From positions 9,302,001-9,366,000 of the forward strand of contig CM119372.1 in assembly GCA_051294905.1 (NCBI GenBank): a DNA stretch of 64,000 nt, read 5' to 3'. The notes under the pieces were generated by a model. The model searched no databases, was not told where the DNA came from, and saw only the letters and a list, made by a program, of their open reading frames with translations. Below, piece by piece: positions 36,490-48,180 of this stretch (its first letter is position 1; every line of letters starts with the position of its first letter). The DNA comes from Botryllus schlosseri. Taxonomy: Eukaryota. Both the position numbers and the translations under genes were made by a program.

Positions 36490-38260
36490 GGGCACTCACA
36501 GAAGAATGAAGACATGGCAATTTGTGTGCGCGTCTCACGAAAGTTTTTCTTTTAGTCTGCGCGCTACGTTTGGGCGACGACAGTATCTTTTGATTATATA
36601 AAAGGCGGGAGGTCACGAATTAACAACATACAATAAAGTAATTATAACAACATACGAGATGCTATAATTATGAATTACGTGCCCCCAGCTCTACCGGTAA
36701 ATCTGAATGGTGGCAATATAATGCAATTACCAATATTATGACGAAATTCAGTCATCAACTTGAAAACTGACCACCATGGGGCCCCAATACCCAGGGTTGT
36801 GATGAATCGAGTCGCGATTATCTGGTGACTAGACTTGACTCGAGTCATTTTTTCAAATGCGTAAATTGACTCGACTTGAGTCAATTTTTGTATTGTCTGG
36901 ACTTGTACTCGAGTCATTTTGCATAACTCTAACCAAGTCATATGACTCGAGACTAGAACGGCCAAGACAGACATTCTATGTCACTTCGAAGAATAGTAAA
37001 GTTACCATATTATTTGTATTTCGTCTATCAGTCCTGGTACATGGAAATAGTGCCGTAAACTGTGAAAACTGATGAAAATTACTATATTATGAATACGAGT
37101 CATTCTATATCACTCGAGCAGAGTTGAAAAAAGTGGGTTGAACCGGACTGATCTGAAAACTGATCTGTGAACATAGCGATTTGGACTTGTACTCGAGTCA
37201 AACACTAATGACTCGGACTCGACCCTATACTAGCTGACTTGGACTAGGACTTGACTCGGGGGTGAATTAAAAATGACTCGACCTGATTCGAGTCAAAACT
37301 ATAAAAGTGATATTGACTTGTGACTCCGAACATTGTGACTTGGTTACAACCCTACCTATACCAACGTTTGGAGTGGGGGACGAATTGCTGTTTTGGTCCT
37401 GATTGTACCTATACAACCCAAGCTAACATGGTGTATAAGCGGATGGCTATGGCGACAGGTATAAATGTCGAGTGAAGAATTGTGAAATAACGATTGGCGC
37501 CCGTTTCAAGTAGAGTCATATGAGAATAAGATAAAGTGAACTTAAAATTCTACCTTCCACTTAATACAGATACTGCAAGCTGCCGTTACGAGAAACGGCA
37601 AAGAACGGTTCGGTTATGATATATATCAGCAGCTGTTGATTATAACCATCGTAATGTTTTATTTGACGAGTATAAAATTTCAAATCTTTGTCCGGTGTAC
37701 GTACAATACATACGTATATTAGGAGGTCTACTGCTCGCCAAGCACAGCGGCCAAACTGCGTTTAACTAAGCATAACCAAACATCATAACATAAGTTACTA
37801 TTAGAAAATAGGCAGGGTGGTGATTATTATCTTGCTGCGAGGTAGTGGCGTCTGGAGCGTATTGATAACCTGATATACGTCATGGCTGACACTGTTCTAA
37901 CAATCACACAACAATGTACATCGGATATATATTTGCTACGTGTGGATGCGTCTTACGCAAGGGCGAGCAAAGCTAATACGTCTGACGTAATAATGAGAAG
38001 TGGCGTTTGAAAATCAACCGTTTGCGCTATCAATAACCTGGTAGAATATCTCTTCGTTGTTCACGAATGTTCGGTTATGTCAAATTCATTGTACAAATAA
38101 AAAGTAATCGTTCTTTCACAAAGAAATCGATTAGATATGTGAAGTAGTCGATTACGATTACGATTACTTTGAATTTTTTTCGATTGCGATTACGATTACT
38201 TGAAAATGCTGTAATCGTCGTAATCGATTACGATTACTAATCGCGATTACCCCATGTCTG
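36490..38260 (-). mobile_element. Truncated inverted copy of the hAT element at 50876-53774
   Basis: Ends CGATTAC repeats...CCCCATGTCTG; reverse complement is collinear with ~50876-52160 apart from an insertion at 36792-37354. Confidence 0.8.
36792..37354. mobile_element. hAT MITE with GACTCGA/GACTT subterminal repeats
   Basis: CAGGGTTGT...ACAACCCTA ends; 7/8 TSD CCAATACC / CCTATACC. Confidence 0.8.
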
Positions 38261-38840
38261 CTGGTGAGCTAGACCAAGACTTTTGACAACACATATTAAT
38301 GTGTGAAATTACGAGACAGCGCTCTCTTGCGGGGGTTAACAACAGTCTTCATTCCACAGACTATATATCGCAGGGTTGGACAATTATTTTCCTCCGCGGG
38401 GCAAATGAGAAATAGAAAATACGTTGACGAGCCAGGTGAAAAATTTTAGCTATATTCCCCAGCGTATTTTAATTTTATTTCTAAATTACATTGCTAATAA
38501 ATGCTGCTGAGTGAATGTGTTGATATTAGGTATAATGATAAAGTGGCGGTTAATTAAAAAATATCTATTTGCCGTCATGATTCGAAAAAGCAATGTTAAA
38601 CATGATATATTTGAACTCTCTTTAGAACCCAATCCCCGTTCTTCTATTAAGACGCTAAAACATATCGTTCTCACACTTTTTTTGAACATGCCCCCCTTTA
38701 TGATAGTAAAAAATTTCCCGCCCACCCCTGCGATAGATAGTCTGTGGAATGAAGACTGTTGTTAACCCCCACAAGAGAGCGCTGTCTCGTAATTTCACAC
38801 ATTAATATGTGTTGTCAAAAGTCTTGGTCTAGCTCACCAG
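38261..38840. repeat. ~115-bp inverted duplication bracketing a 360-bp hAT MITE (38371-38730)
   Basis: 38261-38379 is the near-perfect reverse complement of 38722-38840. Confidence 0.9.
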
Positions 38841-39020
38841 GCCACATTCCGAAACAGAACATCACCACATATCTATTGAGCGATGTTGATTTCAGTTGAT
38901 TATATCGACAGGGACCATGGCAATACGTATTTGCGTTTATAGATTTCTCTTGCCTCATACGATAGTGCTGAAACACAGGCATGATGCCTTTGAGCAGATC
39001 CTGACATCGAGAAAGCACAC

Positions 39021-39478
39021 TGTAGCGGTCGCTGCAACGGCTTGTTGCAAGACACGCTGGTATAGTGCTTGATTGGAGTCGACGCTACAGCTTACAGTTC
39101 CTGTTGTACGCACTAGTCACTGACTAATGACCGCTCTGAGTATACTCTTGCAATCCTGATCACACACGCAGATCCAAGGAGCTTTCTTTACTAGCACAGA
39201 ACAGCCAAATAGTAGTAATTAGTGGTCAGAAACTTGTAGATTTACCAGGTTCAAATCATACTGCAACATATTAACGAATATAGAAAGAACAAAGTTAGAT
39301 GTATCTAATTGTATGTGTACGACTCTGCGACTGACTCGCGAACACGCGCGCTACGGCGCTACACTGGCATTCTCTCAAAGCACGTGGCTTGTGCTTCGCA
39401 GACTACTTTATCAATAAGAGATTAAGGTCGTGGGAAATGAGGGAAGATTACTGGCACCCTGCTGGGACGGATCTTACA
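39021..39478 (-). repeat. 3' LTR
   Basis: Identical by eye to 41857-42314. Confidence 0.95.
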
Positions 39479-39725
39479 TTCCCCCCTTTAAGGACATTTT
39501 TGTGCAACACAAAATGTCTTAACAACTATTTTCGTAAACAATGTGGCTCCACGTCGGGGTATCTTTTACAAACATTACATCGAACACAAAAGGAGAAATA
39601 GACCCTAACACAGGCTAACAGGCAACAGGTAACAAACAAAAACAAATGCTAATCACATACAACATATAGCGATTATACAAAACAGACAGGGATAATATGA
39701 GACCAAATCACAAGTTATACTATCA

Positions 39726-41807
39726 TCAATCACCCACAGTTTTATACTCGGACACTTCAATACTATTCGAAACAGCGGGAGCAGAGCACGGATGCAGGCT
39801 AGTTAAATGTAACTTTTCACATTTCACACAAACTACGCGTTTTGGACAATTTTTACCATGGTGCGTTCTAGTACATCTTTCCCCACATCCGTAACATAAA
39901 AACTTGTCACGCATAAACGATATTCGTTCAGCATACGGTAAATTCTCAAAATCCACACAATCTGGGATATGGTGGTCATTTTTTCCACAAAACATGCAAT
40001 TATATTCGCCTGACATAACATTAGTTCCAAATGAAACACATGGCCTATCACGGCCATACTTTTGAGCAGATTCCGTGATATTACTATTCCGGTTTTCGTT
40101 CAACATTCTGAATTCCGGCATATTTTGAAGCTCAGACTATTCTCTTACAAATGACACGAAATACTCAAAGGGTGGGTAGCAATTTTGATCATTGGTCTCC
40201 ACCTTGTATTGAAACACTTTAACGCGCCACTTCTCGACCAGTGACGGAGGTAGCTTCTTCACCACATACATATGACTTGACGAGTAATCAAGAATGCCTA
40301 ACTCTGGCACAAACCTTCTGTTCACAAAAACTTGCTCCAAGAAATCAGAGAATTCTTGCAGCCCAAGTCTATCATTTTCCTTTATATGACGCCAACCTTT
40401 CAATTTATCTAGGAAGGCCAGCCCAACAACGACAGGGCTTCCATACCTACTTCGCAAGTCACTTATTGCTTTTCGATAGGATTCCTCAGAACCACGCAGA
40501 AAATAACATTTCACAACTTTCAGCGGGCCCGGGCCAAGATGTTGTTTCAACAAATTCATCTTTTCATGAACACAATACACTCTATCTTCAACTAACGCTT
40601 TAAACGAATTTTCCCATTCCATATAATTAGTTTCATCGCCATCAAAAACCTAAACTTTTATATCAGGTATTCGCGTCAACGGTTTCATGTTGTATTGACG
40701 ATCAATTGGTATATCGATAGAATGATGAGCGGGCATCTTTGCAAACGTGTTTCGGCCGGTTTCTTCCGGTTCATTATGCGGGACATTGTTCATTTGCACA
40801 GGATTTTTATCAATAACTGAGCCGTAAGATACGGGTTCACTAGATTTGATATTACATTGCCCAACTTCAGGACGAACATGCGAGTTACTACCAATAAAGT
40901 TTTGTACCTTGGCTTCCGAATTCAAGGCGGGAACCTTACTTCGTATATCTCTATAACTTGGTTCTTCACGTACGACATCTTCATCGTCATCAAAACCAAA
41001 GGGGTTTTCTTCCCTTTCAATTTGCTCACAAGCCTTGATCACGGCTCGTTTTTCAGCAATTTGACTCTTCAGGGCCAATTGCGACAACTTTGCTTCATCT
41101 TCAACTAACTTTCTTTTTATTTCAGCTTCTTGCTCCAAAAATTCCAGCTTTGCTTCCAAAGCGGCTGTTTCCCTTATGCTTTCATAGCGTAATTCTTTGT
41201 TGATGGCGAGGCTGGTGCGACTGTTTTCTGTATGACGACTCGATCTCGAGCCGGCTCCAGATCTCGCGCGGCTACAGATGGATCCATTTTCGGATGGAAG
41301 CATCACGAAATCCGTAACGGCTTGCCGGACTTTTTCAAATTTCATTTCAACCAACCTCATGCTGTTGGCGAATTCCTTTGTTTCCGTATTCTCGGCGTAG
41401 TTCGAAATAATCTTTCCAGTAATTTCCTGCAATTCGTTTCGATGGCACACAACTTTTTTCATTTCTTCACGCACTTCCTCCTTATTTGTGGACAGCGCTA
41501 TGGCAGTCTCAGTTGCATCAAAACATCTTTCAACTTCTCCTTTCGTTTCACGGAACTGGCGTTCAAGTTTAACCAATCTCTGATCGAATCCATGGAAAGT
41601 GCTGTCACTACTGGTTGGAACATCAGAACCCACTGACTTGCTCTTCGCGGGGCTCTGGTCCACAATTTCTTTTTTGACACTTCCACGTTCATCTTCAACA
41701 TTATCTGGACTTGGGGGAACTGGGCAGTCAGCACTCTCTGACGTTGCCACAGTTTGACTTTGTACGGCTGAGCAGTCAGCTATCTCTGACGTTGCTGCAG
41801 CTTCCAT
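39726..41807 (-). pseudogene. gag: BEL/Pao Gag (coiled coil, DUF1759-like capsid region, three Cys/His knuckles) interrupted by two in-frame TAG codons
   Basis: Three listed ORFs share one frame, joined as IPDIKV*VFDGDETNYMEWENSF and FVRE*SELQNMP; knuckles CMFC..H..C, CYGC..H..C, CVKCEKLHLTSLH. Confidence 0.88.
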
Positions 41808-41856
41808 TATTTCCACCTTTACGACTTTCAACTTTATGACTGGTAAAGTTTCTGAC

Positions 41857-42314
41857 TGTAGCGGTCGCTGCAACGGCTTGTTGCAAGACACGCTGGTATA
41901 GTGCTTGATTGGAGTCGACGCTACAGCTTACAGTTCCTGTTGTACGCACTAGTCACTGACTAATGACCGCTCTGAGTATACTCTTGCAATCCTGATCACA
42001 CACGCAGATCCAAGGAGCTTTCTTTACTAGCACAGAACAGCCAAATAGTAGTAATTAGTGGTCAGAAACTTGTAGATTTACCAGGTTCAAATCATACTGC
42101 AACATATTAACGAATATAGAAAGAACAAAGTTAGATGTATCTAATTGTATGTGTACGACTCTGCGACTGACTCGCGAACACGCGCGCTACGGCGCTACAC
42201 TGGCATTCTCTCAAAGCACGTGGCTTGTGCTTCGCAGACTACTTTATCAATAAGAGATTAAGGTCGTGGGAAATGAGGGAAGATTACTGGCACCCTGCTG
42301 GGACGGATCTTACA
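41857..42314 (-). repeat. 5' LTR
   Basis: Identical by eye to 39021-39478. Confidence 0.95.
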
Positions 42315-43383
42315 CACACCTTGGTGTTATTTGATTTGGATTTCACGCCCGATGAGCCTACCATTCGAGCTGTGCATTGGGATGGTAATTCTATCGCCGA
42401 AGTCAACTGTAGAGAGATGTATCGATTCATCGGTGTTGTGAATATTCAACGAAAATCAGACTACATTGTTGTTCATGGTTCCCATATTTAACTTCGAATA
42501 TATCGCTTTTGTGCTGTTCACTGTATCGATAGCACCAACGGTATAGTTGATCGAATAACCATGTAGTAAGACGAATACACGGGTGTTTGCGCGTTGGATC
42601 TCCAACTCTTCCGTTGAACAAAGTCGATTTTATTGATCTCTCGTTGCAAGATTGGAGATCGTCAAAATTAATTTGTAATATAATAAGGTGTACCAAATCA
42701 CTGGTATCAAACTTAACGGCTATGATAATGTTAACTATGGATCAAAACCTGCATTATTTCTCAATATTTGTACAACAACACATTGCATGTAATGTCATAC
42801 GCCTCATTTACACAAATACTTGGTATGACTAAAAACGTGAAGAAATTGATATGTGTGAAGGTATACGTATTGGTATTTTTCATGGAAGCAAACACGGGTT
42901 ATGAATGAACATGTGTATTTTGAATATTGATAATTAGTTCTGGTTTATCGATTCAGAGTGAATATATTTACAAACTTTCTCATATTGGTTATCCGATTTT
43001 GAATGATTTTGAGCGACATGTATTGAACAATAACGAATAACACATCATATCCGTGTACCTTAATCTGTAGTGCTACCAAGAAAACTCACTAGCATACAAC
43101 CTGAGTTGCTTTAGCACGATGGTGAGCATGAATTCATTCTCGAACGAAGATCGTAACCATTACCCAAGTATCAGCCAGGTAACAAAATTGTTACTTCAGA
43201 CATATTGACACTGGAAAATAAATTCAAAGCACGAATCCGAACAAGAACATAATCCACGTATCGAAACCTGTATTATTCACCACATTTCTAAAACATTCAT
43301 GTCGGTGTAAAACAGCACATTGTTATTGCATGCTGGTAACCGATAATTCTGATGCGATGCGACCGACGCAGATGTATATTTCG

Positions 43384-43710
43384 GAAAAATATATTTCCAA
43401 ACGAAAAGGGTTTGTTACTCAAGGAAAACAAGGAAACGAAAAGGGTTTGTTACTCAAGGAAAAATATATTTCTAAACGAAAAGGGTTTGTTACTCAGGAA
43501 AAAAATATTTTTCCAAACGAAAATGGTTTTGTTACTCTAGGAAACGATAGACCTCCAAGTGAAAATGTATTGTTACTATGGGTAAACGATAGATCTCCAA
43601 AGGACAATGGTATTTTTACTCAGGTAACGGTGGACCTCCAAGGGAAAATGCTAATTTTACGCAGGTAATTGTCAGTTGTCCAAACGAAAATGATATTTTT
43701 ACTTGGGTAG
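43384..43710. repeat. Degenerate ~38-39-bp tandem repeat
   Basis: Units CCAAACGAAAA(T/G)GGTTT(T)GTTACTCAGG..., about eight copies. Confidence 0.75.
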
Positions 43711-46700
43711 GTATCGTGTGTTCAACGTTGGAAGTGTGATTGGTCTTGTTAAACGTAGTTGTCGAGTTGTACAATATACTAGTCGTGAGTATACAATTAC
43801 GAAGGGGAGGAAAATGAAAATGTTATTACCACTGTAAGAAGGTTGTTGTATGTTGATTTGATTTGTCGGGTCAGTAACCCTATCATTCGCATATGACAAA
43901 CAAAATCTTTACCGTGAATACATGTAACTGGCTCGCTCGGTCTCGACCAATGCAAAATAGATGGTTCGTTTTAATACCGATAGCGCGTGCTAATCGATGC
44001 GATTTCTACCTCCGCGCATTCAGTCATGTCGAGTCCATTTTAATACGGGTCCACAGGTACGGAACACACACTAACACCGTAAACAGAAGACGATGATTTT
44101 GATACACATTAATAAACAGATTTTCTCAACTACATGTTCAACTAAATCGGAATTACGATGTTGTAGAAAGTAAATAATTTTAATGAGTTGTGTGTTTGAT
44201 GAAAGTGATTGGTTACAAGTAGTACAAGTGTGTTGGGGAAGGAAAATTTATTTTTTCTGTGTGTGACAGTTTGGGGTAAAATGAAAATAAATTCGTGGTT
44301 TTAATTGAATTGCGCTGTTTTAATGTACGCTTCGACATGGAGACTTGACCCTGAACAACAATTCGATTCACAAAACATATCCATTGCAAAATTTGCCACT
44401 GGTGTGCAAAGAGTTAGGAACATTTTTAATACAGTTCCATCTACTGGTTGTTTTGTTGTGAGGTCAATCATGTGATGACTCGGTACTTTTCGTTAGCAAA
44501 GTAGATTGATTTGTGTGAAAGATGTAAGGACCGTGACTACAAAACATATGTACTCTGTTGTTGGAGTAGCTGATTTATTGCTATGACATCGACAGACCCT
44601 CGGTAAGTGACTATGCTCTTCTTTCACGAAAGTTTACGTGGCTCCGTTGTAATAAATTTGTGTTAACTAACCTCGGATGGATACCACAATTGTGCTGGAC
44701 TTACACATGGTATTCACATACTGTACACATACAAACTTTTGTGTAAACAACTCTGATGTTTCTGTAAGTACTAGTTCTGTGTTGGACCATTTGATTATTA
44801 AGATACATCAACAATTGAACATCCATTCAGACAATAAAGTTCTTGCGATATCGAAACAGTTTGAAAGCGTCACCAATCATTGCGCATGTTCGTAGCATGA
44901 GAATATCGAATATTTTCGTGTGTCATGAATATCTGTCCTAAACATTTAGTGTGAAATGAGTTGCGTGGAATAATAATTAGTATCCTACAAAAGTGAAACT
45001 TATGGTGTTCGATTGCATACTTGTTATCATTGTTCATTGTGGTTTTGAAAGACGGGTGAGTTTACATCTGAATGTAGTGAACGTAGTACCTCAAGTAATG
45101 AATTTGACTCGTTTGAAAATCGACTACGAGAATAAAATACCGGCCACTAGAGTAACAGTATCAATATGAATGGTATATTATTTTTTCGCGATATGCAACC
45201 TGCCTTCTATAAGCAAAACTTTTCAAAAATTCATCATGTCATAGAAAAGTCGGTTGTTACGAATTCGAAACAATAGTACTTCGATTATCACGACGAAGGA
45301 AATTAAGAACAACGTAGTATTTCGAAGTGGTATGTTCACCAATCACTAAATGATGAAGATATCAAATTACGCATGCAAATCTGGCAGTTAAACGATACAG
45401 TGACAAGTTGGATGTAATCTTGATTTACAGATGACCGGTTAATGTTATAATGCTCAACCACTCCAGTGTGTTTATTACAAAGTATTTGACGCAAGCAAAA
45501 TATTGATGAACGCTAACCCATCGGAATCGCAATCCAAGATAGTGAAATTGTTTTCTGCTACACCAATATAATTTGTAATAGTTTACTTATGTGTATACCA
45601 CAATACAATATTTCATTTGTGTAAAATGCTTGACGTTATTCGATAACTGGATTAGTACGGCGTTATGTGACTGATCGAGGTGCGAGAATTGTAATGTTGC
45701 GATGAAGCTGTGTACAACCAACTATTCTGTAGGTGTGAAACAGCGGTATAGAAACGCGCGAATAATCCTAGCTGAAAATCGGTAATATTCAGGTTACGTA
45801 CGAATCAACAGATCGCAAAGGACTGAACAAGTTTCCAATCAACTATTAATCGTACATATGACTTTTGGTTTTAAAAATCGATATATTTTCTAAAATGCTT
45901 GCTGACCCCGTAAGACACAATATAAAATTCATATCAAGCAAGGTCTTTGCACGCTTCGAGTTTTGTGATGACATTTCACCCTATAGAAATGAACTTGTAT
46001 CGATACTATAACACGAATCGTATATACTATTTTCGGTGCTGGTTGCATTCTGATTTCTTTGGCGACATGCGTTCTACAAATAATTCCATCAGTATGCCGA
46101 GTTAGGATGCGTTTGATAAACATCATACAAATTCTGTAATACATATAGAGGTGAGTAATGGATTAATCCCGAATCAGGAATACTTCATAACGAATCTGGT
46201 CTTCAACGCGGGGTCTTGATTAATGTAAAAGATTGCTAAACATCCAGACAGTCAAAACGGAATTCGAAAGCTCGTTTACTTTTAGATTCACAAATCTTGT
46301 GAGTTTAATAAGCACCGGCCGTACTTGAATACGTCGATCGTTAATGCGTTAGGTAGATTTACACGTAGAGATGGTAATAACGTAGTTTCTAACATGTATA
46401 TTGTACAACTATTCCGTAATTTCGTTACAACCCACTCGCAATGAATTGGTACACATATTTTAAAAACCACAAGTAAAGGAGGAATGAGTCGTTTTATTCA
46501 AATAAAAAGAACTACTTTTGTTTCAGTGTCTAGAAATGTAATTTGTATGAATGACATAGACAACAATGAATCTATTTCTACAATTTTGAATGCTACTTTT
46601 ACCAGAAAGTCTGTCGACTTGTTTTCTAATATTCACAGACTTGTTAATCAAGATGAACGGTTTATAAAATCGAGGTGGTGTTTTTGTTATGCGACTGTTA

Positions 46701-47744
46701 TCATCAAACAAATATGTGGTTTGTTGCAAGTCTTACGATTAGGCATTATCTTTCGTGGTTGGAATAAAACGAAAGCTTGTTGTTATGAGTTCAATAATAT
46801 TCTCTATCGATGAATGCGAATAATACGACAGCTTGATGCAGTTTTGTGGTTAACTCAAGTCAGTGATCATGTTTGCGTTGATTTCGAGAATGAGCATGAC
46901 GGGTTAGCTGATAATTTAGTTAATGTGGTAATAAATGCCGTAAAGAGTTGCTGACATTCAAATATCTTTTACGGTGTAATATACGGATTCACTTGTGGTA
47001 ATTTAATTCTCAGTCCCTGATCGGACGAGTATTCAAATCTCGTATACTCAAAATATTTAATGTTTATGTCAAGTCGTATATGCACCGATTAGTAAATACT
47101 TAGTCTTACAGAATAGTAACGAGCTTTACAGTTGAATAAAAAGACCGGTCATATGAGTACAGTCAGGATGAATTATTCAAGTTTGCAAATTGTAGTGATA
47201 TAATCAAGTAAGTCAAAATCGGATTTATGACTTGTGAATGTTATTTGTGAATAAGTCCTTTGAGTGTGGTAAGATATTGAAACGTCCGGATGTACTAGCG
47301 CTTTCATTTCCCTAAACTCAGTTGCAACAAAGAATATTAATTATAGACCAATGATAAAGTTGTAATTTTCAACGTTCTGTTTCAAATCAATGTGTGAATA
47401 ATCCGACAGACACGCCATCAACATTCTTAATATTATTGATATAAGACATTATCATGTTTACAGACTTTGAATAATATTATCCTGATGTCAAGGCGGTAAA
47501 TTAACATATTCGGATACAATTCAGCTTCACTTGTAGCGCGAGTGAGATTTCGAGTTGGTAAATTAACACATTGATTGAATATTATCAAGATTCTTATGGC
47601 GCAACTAAAGTCAATCCTATTCTAGAAGCGTGAAAACATAGCGACTGTGTGGAAATCGAAAACGGAGCTGAAAGTTGGTCAAGACAAGTAATATTCAGTT
47701 TCAAAAAGATTAAACTCCCAGAAAGATTAGAGTTATACCGACAA

Positions 47745-48180
47745 TTGACAATTTGTTGGTATTCAAGTCGCCGCCGTTGTGGTTCTGTTATTCGTTACCC
47801 TTGTGAGCGATCGTAGGATTTTACAATTATTTCACACCTATTTGAGTATGTGGTAACCTCACAAAGGATTAGGGTTAGGACGGAAATAAGACACAATTTG
47901 TTGCTATTCAAGTTACCGACACTGGCGGTTCTGTTATTCGTTACGTAATAAATCTTACCAGCGAAATCAAGTTCTGTGACAAACTGATTACTAAAATTTC
48001 ACCGCGTGAGCGATCGGTATGTCTGTAACACCAAGTCACTAAAGATGGTTATGTCCGAGACATTATCTTGTCAGCGATCGCGGGGTTTGTAATCTATTTC
48101 ACACCTATTTGAAGTGTTAGTTTGTGATCGTGGTTATTGTTGATATTCGAATCGCCATCTACGCCGGCTCTGTGGTAAAC
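47745..48180. repeat. Degenerate direct repeats
   Basis: Recurring blocks ACAATTTGTTG.TATTCAAGT...GGTTCTGTTATTCGTTAC and GAGCGATCG...ATTTCACACCTATTTGA. Confidence 0.6.

Larger units (their letters stand above)
39021..42314 (-). mobile_element. Gag-only (pol-less) BEL/Pao LTR retrotransposon
   Basis: 458-bp TGT...ACA LTRs, 5-bp TSD CACAC (39016-39020, 42315-42319), polypurine tract AAAGGGGGGAA before the 3' LTR, BEL-type Gag. Confidence 0.95.

Noticed and set aside
43384..43710. CRISPR-like array
   Set aside because: Units are contiguous and degenerate with no unique spacers; eukaryotic context and no cas genes.
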